Shown: positions 40,655 to 50,320 of the stretch, one piece after another
Numbering within the stretch: the stretch's first letter is position 1
Layout: the number at the start of each line of letters is the position of its first letter
NCBI GenBank assembly: GCA_902602185.1
Contig: CACKPV010000001.1
Span: forward strand, 46,785-110,784
Reading direction: 5' to 3'
DNA length: 64,000 nucleotides
Origin: an uncultured SAR86 cluster bacterium
GTDB lineage: Bacteria; Pseudomonadota; Gammaproteobacteria; Magnimaribacterales; D2472
Program-made: the position numbers and the translations under genes
Notes under the pieces: generated by a model
What the model was told of the DNA's origin: nothing
The model's input: the letters and a program-made list of their open reading frames with translations, nothing else
Databases searched by the model: none

Positions 40655-40682
40655 CTTGATTTTTCTTTCAAAAGCCACATAT
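40655..40682 (+). promoter_or_regulatory. candidate sigma32 (heat-shock) promoter for ibpA
   Basis: CTTGATT - 13 nt - CCACATAT compared with consensus CTTGAAA-N13-15-CCCCATnT. It lies about 85 nt upstream of the ibpA ATG. A sigma70 reading (TTGATT-N16-CATATT) is also possible. Confidence 0.45.
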
Positions 40683-40766
40683 TTACTGTGTAAGTGCCAT
40701 TAGGGCTTGCATATATTAATTGAGATAAGCTATATGTTATCTCTATAGTCGCTAAGGAGGACTATT

Positions 40767-41213
40767 ATGTTAAATTTTACTGATCCGTTTTTCTCAACCC
40801 GAGTTCTGGGTTTTGAATCTTTATTCGATCGTTTGCAGATGCTCTCTGAATCATCTTCTAGATCTACTTATCCACCATATAATATTCGCAGAGATGGTAA
40901 TGACATTTTTGTTGAAGTTGCAGTGGCAGGTCTCTCAAAAGATGATTTAGAAATTGAACTTGCTGATGGTATTTTATCAATTTCCTATGCAGGGCCTTCT
41001 ACCCAAGTAGTTAATGATAAAAATGAGTTAGTTTATCAAGGAATTGCTCAAAGAGCTTTCAATCAACAATTTACACTGTCTGATGATGTTGTTGTAAAAG
41101 GTGCCGAGTTAGTCAATGGTTTACTAACTATTGGTTTGGAAAGAATTATTCCAGATGAAAGGAAGCCAAAACGAATAGATATTAAAACTCCTAAAAAAAT
41201 ACTAGGGAAATAA
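40767..41213 (+). CDS. ibpA: small heat shock protein (Hsp20/IbpA family)
   Basis: 148 aa with an alpha-crystallin domain (PPYNI..., AVAGLSKDDLEIEL, NGLLTIGLER). Strong Shine-Dalgarno AAGGAGG upstream. Confidence 0.9.
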   Translation: MLNFTDPFFSTRVLGFESLFDRLQMLSESSSRSTYPPYNIRRDGNDIFVEVAVAGLSKDDLEIELADGILSISYAGPSTQVVNDKNELVYQGIAQRAFNQQFTLSDDVVVKGAELVNGLLTIGLERIIPDERKPKRIDIKTPKKILGK

Positions 41214-41225
41214 CAATCTATGAGA

Positions 41226-41249
41226 AAATGGGGCTGTAAAGCCCCATTT
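41226..41249 (+). terminator. stem-loop / probable rho-independent terminator after ibpA
   Basis: AAATGGGGC-tgtaaa-GCCCCATTT hairpin followed by GTTAT. It ends 5 nt before the dsbD ATG. Confidence 0.5.
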
Positions 41250-41254
41250 GTTAT

Positions 41255-43252
41255 ATGCATCTTCCAAATCCCCTAACATTTTTTTTCGTTATATTTTTAG
41301 GTTGTTTACAATCATCAGAGATTGATATTGGCCATGCCAAATTAAGCTTAATTAAAGATCACAGTTCTTTTATTCCAGGAACCTCTATCAATGTGGGTTT
41401 AAAGATAGAGATGGATGAAGGGTGGCATACATATTGGAAAAATCCTGGTGACTCAGGTGGTCCAATTGAAATAAGCTGGGACTTGCCTGATGGTTTTTCT
41501 GCGAGTGATATTCAATGGCCTACTCCTGAAAGAATTCCTTATCCCCCCCTCATGACATATGGTTATGAAGATTTTGTAATCTTCCCATTTGTTTTATCCA
41601 TACCAGAAAACTATGAAGATGATTCCTTTTCATTAAATGTTGATCTTCTTGTATGTGCTGATGTTTGCATTCCTGAATCTGGAATTATTATCGATAATTT
41701 AGAAAATACTCAATCTGATGATGACATTTATTTGTGGTTACAAAAAATACCAAAAGAGGTTATTGATTCTTATGCCTACCTAGAAAATCAGTCACTATTT
41801 CTTGATGTTACCTTTGATCAAATTATCAAAGATATTTATTTTTTTCCAGATAAAGGCTCCTTTTTAAATTTTCCTGATAAAAATGAATTCAATAATGATT
41901 TAAATAAGATTACTATTCAAACATTTTTAAATGATCCACTGCAACAAAACATACAAGGAGTTCTTAAAATCAATAATATTGGTTACCTTGTTGATACCAC
42001 CATAGAAACCGAAATTATTTCTTCAAGTTCTCTAGAAATAACTTTTTTGATTGCTCTGATTTTTGCTTTTATTGGAGGCTTGATACTAAATTTGATGCCT
42101 TGTGTTTTTCCTGTTATTTCTCTCAAAGTATTAAGTTTCGTGTCAATGGGTGGTGATTCTCATGACAAAATTCGAAAGCATGCCTATGCTTTCAGTGCTG
42201 GTGTGTTATTCACATTTTTAACTTTTGCTGTATCAATCATTTTACTAAAACAAGCTGGATACTTGATTGGATGGGGCTATCAGTTGCAATCACCTATTGT
42301 TGTTGGATTCTTAAGTCTGCTTATGGTTTTCCTTGCATTAGTTTTAATCACTGAGAACAGTATTGGAGACTCCCTAACTAAATTAGGGAATATCCAAACT
42401 AATAATGACAGTTATCTTTCATCGCTGTTTACAGGAATATTAGCAGTTGTAGTAGCATCACCATGCACAGCACCTTTTATGGGAGCTGCATTAGGATATG
42501 CTTTTTTGCAACCGGCTAATGAAACAATTCCAGTTTTTATTTCTTTATCAGCTGGATTTTCTTTTCCTTATGTACTGCTTGCAATATTCCCTGATCTTAT
42601 TGCTAAATTACCAAAACCGGGTAAATGGATGAAATCTCTCAAAGAGTTTTTTGCTTTTCCAATGCTGGCAACAGCAATTTGGTTACTTTGGGTTTTTGCT
42701 CTTCAAACTTCTGTCAATACGACCTTAATTCTTTTAATAGGATGGTTATTATTGGGACTAAATTTCTGGAGTTTTCTTAATCTTCAAAATAAATTAATCA
42801 AAATTTTTATTTTCATTATCTCAATTATGGGAGTAACTTTGCCGTCTTTAAGTATTTCTGATAATGCAGTGAATGAAATGAATCAAAGTTTAATTCCTGA
42901 GAGCAATCAGCCAAACCAAAACTATACTAGTTGGTATCCAGGGATTGAAAATGATCTTCAGGAAAAAAATACAGCTTATTTCATTAATTTCACTGCAGCA
43001 TGGTGCATCACATGCCAGACAAATGAACTTACAGCATTTTCAAAAAAAACTTTTAAAAATTATATTGTTGAAAATAACATTACTTACATAAAAGCCGATT
43101 GGACAAATAGAAATGATCAAATATCAGAGGCACTGTTATCATATAAGAGATCGGGTGTGCCTTTGTACGTGTATTGGAAGCCAGGTTTAGAAGAGCCTCA
43201 GATTCTGCCTGAAATTCTTAATGATACGATTTTATTGGGAGCAATCAAGTGA
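41255..43252 (+). CDS. dsbD: thiol:disulfide interchange protein DsbD-family reductase
   Basis: 665 aa. Signal peptide, N-terminal periplasmic domain with CADVC, TM core with MPCVFPV and SPCTAPF, and a C-terminal thioredoxin domain with WCITC. Confidence 0.88.
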   Translation: MHLPNPLTFFFVIFLGCLQSSEIDIGHAKLSLIKDHSSFIPGTSINVGLKIEMDEGWHTYWKNPGDSGGPIEISWDLPDGFSASDIQWPTPERIPYPPLMTYGYEDFVIFPFVLSIPENYEDDSFSLNVDLLVCADVCIPESGIIIDNLENTQSDDDIYLWLQKIPKEVIDSYAYLENQSLFLDVTFDQIIKDIYFFPDKGSFLNFPDKNEFNNDLNKITIQTFLNDPLQQNIQGVLKINNIGYLVDTTIETEIISSSSLEITFLIALIFAFIGGLILNLMPCVFPVISLKVLSFVSMGGDSHDKIRKHAYAFSAGVLFTFLTFAVSIILLKQAGYLIGWGYQLQSPIVVGFLSLLMVFLALVLITENSIGDSLTKLGNIQTNNDSYLSSLFTGILAVVVASPCTAPFMGAALGYAFLQPANETIPVFISLSAGFSFPYVLLAIFPDLIAKLPKPGKWMKSLKEFFAFPMLATAIWLLWVFALQTSVNTTLILLIGWLLLGLNFWSFLNLQNKLIKIFIFIISIMGVTLPSLSISDNAVNEMNQSLIPESNQPNQNYTSWYPGIENDLQEKNTAYFINFTAAWCITCQTNELTAFSKKTFKNYIVENNITYIKADWTNRNDQISEALLSYKRSGVPLYVYWKPGLEEPQILPEILNDTILLGAIK

Positions 43253-43863
43253 AAAAATTGATCTTCATTTTTTTATTAACATCATTTCATGTCAACAGTG
43301 AAATGGTTTTAAATGATCCTATTGTTGGAAAAAAAGCTCCAGAATTTTCTCTGAATAATGAATTTGATAAAAAGATTTCTTTGTTAGATTTTGCTGGGAA
43401 ATATGTCATTCTTGAATGGACAAATCATGAATGTCCATATGTCAAAAGACACTATGATGAAAAAAATATGCAAACAACCCAGAAGTTTGCAAAAGAACAT
43501 GATTTTATTTGGTTGAGTATTATTTCTTCTGCGCCTGGCAAACAGGGTTTTATCGATACCTCAACAGCAAACGCACTAATGAAACAAAGAAATTCTCATG
43601 AAGATCATATGCTCTTTGATGAAAAAGGAGTTGTTGGAAGATTATATGGGGCAAAGACAACACCACACATGTTCATCATTGATCCAGAGGGGTATTTAAT
43701 TTACAAAGGTGGTATTGATGATATTGGTGGTGGGGCAAAATTCTTTCGAACTAATCTAAAACTAGCAAATAATTACATCAATTCCGCAATTGAAAGCATT
43801 GTCAACAAACAAAACATTGTTTCAGATGTAACAATACCCTATGGGTGTTCAGTAAAATATTAA
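43249..43863 (+). CDS. periplasmic redoxin/thioredoxin-fold protein (AhpC/TSA-like, single CPYV cysteine)
   Basis: 204 aa with a signal peptide and block ILEWTNHECPYVKRHY. ATGA-type overlap with dsbD suggests it is a DsbD client. Confidence 0.7.
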   Translation: MKKLIFIFLLTSFHVNSEMVLNDPIVGKKAPEFSLNNEFDKKISLLDFAGKYVILEWTNHECPYVKRHYDEKNMQTTQKFAKEHDFIWLSIISSAPGKQGFIDTSTANALMKQRNSHEDHMLFDEKGVVGRLYGAKTTPHMFIIDPEGYLIYKGGIDDIGGGAKFFRTNLKLANNYINSAIESIVNKQNIVSDVTIPYGCSVKY

Positions 43864-44376
43864 CTAAAAAATATAATTTCCCCAGTCCTGATCCGGGAAC
43901 GTGTTTTTATCAATCTTATGTCCATTTAAAAGATGTGAAAAAGTGGGTTTAAAGGGCTCTTTGATTGGCTTCACTAACTTTGAACCTTTTGATGAGTTAC
44001 ATGATCTGCAGGAAGTTACAACATTTTCCCAATTAGTTAATCCTCCTTTTGATTTTGGAATAACATGATCCAAAGTTAATTCATTCTTTGAAAAGATATT
44101 CTTGCAATATTGACATGTATAAATGTCTCTCAAGAAAACATTTGATCTTGAAAAACGAACATAGTTATGAAATTTATGAAACCTTTTCAACATCAGAATA
44201 CTTGGCAGTGGAATCTCAATTGAGGGAGATCTCACAACTTTATTATCATATTCTTTAACCAAAATTACATTTTTAGCAAGCAGCAACTTTACTGCTGTCT
44301 TCCAATTAATTACTGAAAGTGGGAAAAAACTTACCGGTTTCCCATTCCCGTTTAATAGCAGACAATCTTGTGACAA
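43864..44376 (-). CDS. HNH endonuclease-domain protein
   Basis: 170 aa. HNH/zinc motif CQYC...LTLDHVIPKSKGG..NWENVVTSCRSCNSSK, with an unassigned N-terminal ~85 aa. Confidence 0.8.
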   Translation of the reverse strand: MSQDCLLLNGNGKPVSFFPLSVINWKTAVKLLLAKNVILVKEYDNKVVRSPSIEIPLPSILMLKRFHKFHNYVRFSRSNVFLRDIYTCQYCKNIFSKNELTLDHVIPKSKGGLTNWENVVTSCRSCNSSKGSKLVKPIKEPFKPTFSHLLNGHKIDKNTFPDQDWGNYIF

Positions 44377-44462
44377 AGTTCAATTCCTATAGAAATTTAA
44401 TATGGATTAACTATAATTGTCTGAAAGAATTCATTCAAGATTTTTTTGGGGCGAGGTGCATA

Positions 44463-45158
44463 ATGGAATTTCACATGTTTGATTTTACTCACATACTAAG
44501 TTTAGTTTTAATCTTTGTTGTCATGGTTATGTTCCCGTTTTTTGTGAACAAATATCTTGCAAATAAAATTTCTTTGATTGCAAAAATAATTGCTTTTTTT
44601 GGTATTTTTCATTCAATCTTTTCGCCAATTAAAGACTTATATTTTGTGATTGAGCCTTACGATTGGAGAGAGGTTTTACCCTTTCATATGTGTGATCTTT
44701 CCCTTATCTTTATTTCAATCTTTCTTTTGGGGGGCTCTAAATTTTATTTTAATTGTGCTTTCTTTTGGGGGATTGCCGGAGCATCCATGGCTTTAATAAC
44801 TCCTGACCTTCAATTTGGTTTCCCCTCAATGGATTACTTAACATTTTTTTGGGGGCATGCATTGATTTTATTTGGAGTATTCTTTGCATTGATATCTATG
44901 AACACCCGTCCCTATTTTTCTGAAATGAACAAGGTAATTTTATTTACCTTAGTCCTCTTAATTCCTATTTACTTTATCAATGTTGCTCTGGGTGAACCAG
45001 CTAACTACTGGTATTTAGCAGCAAAACCTGCTGCAGGCAGTTTGATGGATTTTTTCCCAGAACCTCCTTTGCATCTATTGGTTACAACCCCAATTGCATT
45101 AACTTTGTTTTATGTCATTTATTTCCCCCTTTTTTTAAGAGATAGATTAAAGACTTAA
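44463..45158 (+). CDS. polytopic membrane protein (recalled as TIGR02206/YwaF-like)
   Basis: About 231 aa, 7 TM, with block LPFHMCDLS. Start set to the internal MEFHMFDF with GAGGTG upstream; the ORF-track start at 44319 overlaps the HNH gene. Confidence 0.6.
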   Translation: MEFHMFDFTHILSLVLIFVVMVMFPFFVNKYLANKISLIAKIIAFFGIFHSIFSPIKDLYFVIEPYDWREVLPFHMCDLSLIFISIFLLGGSKFYFNCAFFWGIAGASMALITPDLQFGFPSMDYLTFFWGHALILFGVFFALISMNTRPYFSEMNKVILFTLVLLIPIYFINVALGEPANYWYLAAKPAAGSLMDFFPEPPLHLLVTTPIALTLFYVIYFPLFLRDRLKT

Positions 45159-45167
45159 TTTTTTCGA

Positions 45168-46163
45168 TTGAATAAAAACTTAATTAATTTTCAAAAAATT
45201 AACAATCGTTATGAAGAAATTAAAGGTTTGCTTGTAGATACTCCCCTTTTGCAGTCTGATGAAATTAATTCATTATTTTCAAGTAATATTTTCTTCAAAG
45301 CAGAAAATTTACAAAAAACCGGTTCGTTTAAATTTAGAGGAGCCTGTTCAGCAGTTTCATCTTTGAGCATGGAGCAAATCAAGTCTGGGGTAGTATGTTT
45401 CTCATCAGGAAATCATGCTCAGGGTATTGCTCTTGCAGCTAAACTTCATAAAACAACTGCTAAAATAGTTATGCCGAAAGATGCCCCAAAAATTAAAATC
45501 CAAAATACAAAAAAGTATGGTGCAAAAATTGTTTTTTATGACAGGGATATTGATGACAGAGAGTCAATTGGTGAACAAATTGCGCATGATGAAAATAGAG
45601 TGCTCATCAAGCCATTTGATAATTATGATGTGATTCTAGGTCAAGGTACTGCTGCTCTGCAGGCAATAAACAACCTGCAGGAGAAAGAAAAAAATAGCCA
45701 GCAAAAGTTTGATGCTGCAATAATTTGCACTAGTGGAGGAGGATTAGCAGCAGGAAGTGGCACTGTTTTAAAATTTCATAACTCTGATTGTTCTTTGTAC
45801 ACTGCTGAACCGCATAATTGGAATGACCATGAAAAGTCTTTTGAGCTAAAAGAAAGGTTTACTATTAATTCTCAAAAACATGGGATTTGTGATGCTTTAG
45901 AAAATCCAATTCCAGGAGAAATAACCTTCCCTATTAATGTTAAAAATGGTTTCAGAGGATTATCTGCCTCAGAGAATTCAGTAAGAATTGCAATGCAAAT
46001 GATTATGAGAAACTTTAATTTTATAGTTGAACCAAGTGGTGCTATTGGCTTGGCATGTCTCCTTGAGAATGAGAATCTTCTTAAAGATAAAAACGTTTTG
46101 ATCATTCTCTCTGGTGGCAATATTGATCGAACAAGTTACAATAATATTATTTCGGGCAGGTAA
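45168..46163 (+). CDS. PLP-dependent threonine/serine dehydratase family enzyme (serine racemase / hydroxyaspartate ammonia-lyase-like)
   Basis: 331 aa with PLP-Lys motif SFKFRGA, SSGNHAQG and a Gly-rich loop SGGGLAAG. Apparent TTG start at 45168. Confidence 0.8.
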   Translation: MNKNLINFQKINNRYEEIKGLLVDTPLLQSDEINSLFSSNIFFKAENLQKTGSFKFRGACSAVSSLSMEQIKSGVVCFSSGNHAQGIALAAKLHKTTAKIVMPKDAPKIKIQNTKKYGAKIVFYDRDIDDRESIGEQIAHDENRVLIKPFDNYDVILGQGTAALQAINNLQEKEKNSQQKFDAAIICTSGGGLAAGSGTVLKFHNSDCSLYTAEPHNWNDHEKSFELKERFTINSQKHGICDALENPIPGEITFPINVKNGFRGLSASENSVRIAMQMIMRNFNFIVEPSGAIGLACLLENENLLKDKNVLIILSGGNIDRTSYNNIISGR

Positions 46164-47252
46164 ATGAACGAGTTCTTAGATGTTGTTGTAGAAATTTGGA
46201 ATTATGGATTACTAGGCATAAGTGTATCCAAGATTGTTATTTCCTTACTAGTTTTACTATTTGCTTTCATATTTAGGGGCTTTTTTACAAATATTTTTGT
46301 TGGTTTTCTGCAAAATTTAGCATCAAAATCTGAATCTACCATTGATGACGATATTTTAGCAACACTAAAAAAACCCCTGGGTTATGTCCCTCTTACGATT
46401 GGTTTATATGTTGTCACACTTATTCTTGCTTTAGATGGTCAAGCGGGAGAAATTGCTTCTAATGTTGTAAGAGCCGCCATAGTACTTACCATCTTTAGTG
46501 CACTTGCTAATGCAGTAGCCCCCATTTTTGCTGCACTCTCATCTACAGCATGGTTAACAGAATCTATGCAGACATGGTTACAAAGAGCGTCAAAAGCTAT
46601 CATTTGGATTATTGGAATTGCTATAGCATTGGAGATCTTCGGTATTCAGATTGGTCCATTGGTTGCTGGTCTTGGTTTATTTTCAGTTGCTGTTGCTTTA
46701 GGAGCTCAAGATCTTTTTAAAAATTTGATTTCTGGAATTCTAATTATTGGTGAGAATCGTTTCCAACCTGGAGACAGAATCGAGGTGCCTGGTGCTTTAC
46801 ATGGGATAGTTGAAACTATTGGGTTTAGGTCAACAGTTATCAGAACTTTTGATACAGCTCCTATGATTATTCCCAATAAAGATTTATCAGATGTAAAATT
46901 AATTAATCATGGTGAGATGCAATATCGAAGAATTAATTGGACTATCAATCTTTTATACTCAACCTCAAATAATGATTTAGAAAAAATATGTGTTGATATC
47001 AAAAATCATATTTCTGAATCCAAAGATTTTACGAAAAATCCAAATCAAGAAAATTTGGTGACCATTAATGAACTTGGAGCAAGCTCTATAGATGTAGGAA
47101 TTCTTTGTTACAGTGAGCTATGTGGTTTCACTAAGTTTAAACAAATCAAACATAGACTTATAAAGGAAATTATTAAAATTGTTGAACAAAATAATTCTGG
47201 TTTTGCCTATCCTTCCAGCTCTATATACCTTGAACAGATGTCTGAAAAGTGA
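46164..47252 (+). CDS. mechanosensitive ion channel (MscS family)
   Basis: 362 aa with N-terminal TM helices and the MscS pore/beta-domain block GAQDLFKNLISGILII..FQPGDRIEV. Confidence 0.85.
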   Translation: MNEFLDVVVEIWNYGLLGISVSKIVISLLVLLFAFIFRGFFTNIFVGFLQNLASKSESTIDDDILATLKKPLGYVPLTIGLYVVTLILALDGQAGEIASNVVRAAIVLTIFSALANAVAPIFAALSSTAWLTESMQTWLQRASKAIIWIIGIAIALEIFGIQIGPLVAGLGLFSVAVALGAQDLFKNLISGILIIGENRFQPGDRIEVPGALHGIVETIGFRSTVIRTFDTAPMIIPNKDLSDVKLINHGEMQYRRINWTINLLYSTSNNDLEKICVDIKNHISESKDFTKNPNQENLVTINELGASSIDVGILCYSELCGFTKFKQIKHRLIKEIIKIVEQNNSGFAYPSSSIYLEQMSEK

Positions 47253-49015
47253 ATGACCAACTCATACTCAGTCTTGCTATAGTTGTTTTATTAGCATTTT
47301 TTATTTCAGGAAAATATAGATATGACTTTGTTTCACTTAGTGCTCTTGCTTTTTTGGTACTTGCTGGAGTCATCGATATTTCTGATGCATTTACTGGTCT
47401 CAGTCATCCTGCAGTAATTACTGTTGGGTTAGTGCTTCTTATTAGTAAGGGTCTGCAAGATGCTGGTTTAGCTGCTGTAACAGGAAACTTTATCAATAAG
47501 TTTAAACCCAGTGAAATACAGTTTCTTTTTTTAATAATGTTTATTGCTGCAATTCTTTCATCTTTTATAAATAATATTGGTGCAATGGCATTGTTGCTTC
47601 CAATTACTCTTGCAACTTGTCAAAGAATGGGTTGGCATGCTGGGAAATTTCTAATGCCTTTGGCATTTGCATCAATTTTGGGAGGCATGAATACCCTTAT
47701 TGGAACCCCTCCAAATATCATAATTGCTGAGTTTAAAAAAGATTTTGATGGTGTGGCTTTTAGTTTTTTTGATTTCTCATATGTGGGAATTGTTGTAAGT
47801 TTTTTAAGTATAGTTTTAATAGGACTAATAAGTAGATTTCTAGTCAAGCAAAGGAAACTCTCTAATTCACTTAGTCATCTAATAGACCTCGATAATTATC
47901 TTTTCGAATTTGTGGTGAGTGACTCAAGTAGTGCGATCGGTATGACGATAGCGGGTTTTGTGAAATTGGCTGGAAAAGATACAGAGATTTTGGGAATAGT
48001 TAATGAAAATGGATCTGTATCAAAAGTTCGGAATAATTCTAAAATAAGACCAAATCAGCATCTTGTAATGAAGGTTGCTCCAGATCATGCTGCATTTATC
48101 CAAGATAATTTTGGACTCGAAAAAGCAAATGATGATCTAGATATAAATGAAGAGCTTGTAGATGAAATTGAAGTTGTAATTTCTCCATCCTCACGACTTT
48201 TAGGACGAAAGTTAAACTATTTTAAAAAAGTTGCATATGAGGAGTTAGTTTTACTTGGGATGTGGAGGAAAGGCGCAAAGTTTAGAACTAGTCTTGCAAA
48301 ACAGTCTTTTAAAATTGGAGATGTATTATTACTAGGGATAAGAGATCCTGCAGAAGAAGATGTTATTGCAAAAATGAATTATCTCGGTTTGATGCCAATA
48401 CAGTCCCGAGATATTTCAACTTTACCTAGTCGGAGCCGATTTTTAAAAGCCCTTATTTTCTTCACCAGTGCAGTTTTACTTGCAGCGTTTAATGTTATTA
48501 ATGTGATTACTGCTTTTTTAGTGTGTGTTCTTGGATTTGTTGGAATCAAAATCTTAAAGAGTAATTTATATAAACATATAGAATGGCCTATTGTAATGAT
48601 GTTAGCGGCCATGATTCCTATTGGTCAGGCACTTGAAACTACAGGAATTACTGCAAATGTTGCCTCACAGATCATAAGTATTGCTGGAAATCTCGATATC
48701 TTTTGGATTTTAATGATCATCTTAATCTTTACCATGTTAATAACAGATGTAATCAATAATGCAGCAACTGCTGTCATCATGGCTCCCTTTGCAGCTAATA
48801 TTGCTACTCAATTAAATGCTCCCATCGAGCCTTTTTTAATGGTGGTTGCTGTAGGTGCTAGTTGTGCATTCCTGACCCCGATTGGGCATCAATGTAATAC
48901 ATTAGTGATGGGTCCAGGGAATTATAAATTCACAGATTATTGGAAACTAGGCCTTCCTCTTGATATTTTGATTGTTTTAGCCTCAATACCAATGATCTTA
49001 TTTGTTTGGTTATAG
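47249..49015 (+). CDS. SLC13/ion-transporter-superfamily permease with central TrkA-C domains
   Basis: 588 aa. Two TM halves carry the GTPPN and TPIGHQCN motifs and are separated by a ~200-aa soluble insert of tandem TrkA-C-like repeats. Confidence 0.75.
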   Translation: MNDQLILSLAIVVLLAFFISGKYRYDFVSLSALAFLVLAGVIDISDAFTGLSHPAVITVGLVLLISKGLQDAGLAAVTGNFINKFKPSEIQFLFLIMFIAAILSSFINNIGAMALLLPITLATCQRMGWHAGKFLMPLAFASILGGMNTLIGTPPNIIIAEFKKDFDGVAFSFFDFSYVGIVVSFLSIVLIGLISRFLVKQRKLSNSLSHLIDLDNYLFEFVVSDSSSAIGMTIAGFVKLAGKDTEILGIVNENGSVSKVRNNSKIRPNQHLVMKVAPDHAAFIQDNFGLEKANDDLDINEELVDEIEVVISPSSRLLGRKLNYFKKVAYEELVLLGMWRKGAKFRTSLAKQSFKIGDVLLLGIRDPAEEDVIAKMNYLGLMPIQSRDISTLPSRSRFLKALIFFTSAVLLAAFNVINVITAFLVCVLGFVGIKILKSNLYKHIEWPIVMMLAAMIPIGQALETTGITANVASQIISIAGNLDIFWILMIILIFTMLITDVINNAATAVIMAPFAANIATQLNAPIEPFLMVVAVGASCAFLTPIGHQCNTLVMGPGNYKFTDYWKLGLPLDILIVLASIPMILFVWL

Positions 49016-49016
49016 A

Positions 49017-50183
49017 CTACTGAGACAAATCCTGAATTGCATCGAGAATTAGTTGATAATCATCATAGAACTGATCGGATTCACCATCTGATCTTGTATT
49101 TGGGGTGGAGATATCATCATCTGCATTCCCAAAACTCACCAACCCGGTACTCTCTAAACCTTGGTAAAGCCAAATTAAAAAACCTACATTATTGATATTA
49201 CCGATCCAAGATAAACCACCCCAATTTTGTTTAGATCCGAAAGATGGTTGATATTTAGTAATGCGAACAAATACTACATCGTTATCATTGTCTACAAAAA
49301 TATATTGCCCAAATCTTCCACTAGCATTGAAAATTTTGGAATTTTCTTCATACCTGGATACCCACCAATGAAGGGAGTAACCCCTTGTTGATGTCGTCCA
49401 GGTGGATGGAGTATCCCAAACATACTGAAAAGTTTCATCAATTAATTCTTTTGAAATAATTTGTTCTCCGTTAAAAGTTCCATCATTTGCAAATAATTGA
49501 CCGAATTTTGCATAATCTCTTGCAGACATATCAATGCAGCAGTATGTGAGGACATTATCTGCAGCATCTCGCCATAGTGTTTTGTTAGCAATGCCAATTT
49601 TATCGAGTATCCTTTCCTCTAGTAAAATATCTGCCTTTTTTCCAGTTGCAGAAATTAATATTTCTCCCAACAACATTGAATTTATATTGTTATATTCAAA
49701 AAGGGTATCAGGTTGTTTTTCTAACTCAATTTTTTTTGCGTATTCCATATGATCAACTTTAAAAAACATTGCTTCATGCTGATGCCAAGGATACTGAAGG
49801 CCACTGGACATATTTAAGAGTTGTCTTATTGTTATTTCATCTCTTTCATCATTAAAATTAATATAATCCCCTATCCTTTCGTCTAAGCTTTGTATTTCAC
49901 CTTTATCTATGGATATTAAAATTAAAGCTGCATAAAAACTTTTTGCAACTGACCAAGATGTTCCAAATGATTCTTTATCATATCCATTTGCATACCTTTC
50001 ACCAATGAGGAATCCATCTTTTATTAAAACTACAGATTGTGTTGCATCATCTGAAAATGCCAAATCGAACAAGTGCTCAATTTTTTTTGAATCAATATTT
50101 AAATCACTTGGAGATTTTTCATTCCAAGCAAATACATTATTGACAAGAAAGAAGGTAAAGGAAATTACTAGGATCTTAAACAT
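49017..50183 (-). CDS. beta-lactamase-related serine hydrolase (class C / esterase family)
   Basis: 388 aa with a signal peptide, SxxK motif (SVAK), and a YNN segment at the position of the Y-x-N motif. Confidence 0.75.
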   Translation of the reverse strand: MFKILVISFTFFLVNNVFAWNEKSPSDLNIDSKKIEHLFDLAFSDDATQSVVLIKDGFLIGERYANGYDKESFGTSWSVAKSFYAALILISIDKGEIQSLDERIGDYINFNDERDEITIRQLLNMSSGLQYPWHQHEAMFFKVDHMEYAKKIELEKQPDTLFEYNNINSMLLGEILISATGKKADILLEERILDKIGIANKTLWRDAADNVLTYCCIDMSARDYAKFGQLFANDGTFNGEQIISKELIDETFQYVWDTPSTWTTSTRGYSLHWWVSRYEENSKIFNASGRFGQYIFVDNDNDVVFVRITKYQPSFGSKQNWGGLSWIGNINNVGFLIWLYQGLESTGLVSFGNADDDISTPNTRSDGESDQFYDDYQLILDAIQDLSQ

Positions 50184-50207
50184 TGCGGCATGATTATATC
50201 AAATAAA

Positions 50208-50285
50208 TGGTGACTCTGGCTGGACTTGAACCAGCGACCTCTTGCATGTCAAGCAAGCACTCTAACCAAGCTGAGCTACAGAGTC
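50208..50285 (-). tRNA. tRNA-Val (GAC)
   Basis: 78-nt cloverleaf. Anticodon loop TTGACAT, T-loop TTCAAGT, encoded CCA. Confidence 0.9.
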
Positions 50286-50320
50286 ATATCTACAAACTCA
50301 CAAAATTATACAGAAATTTT

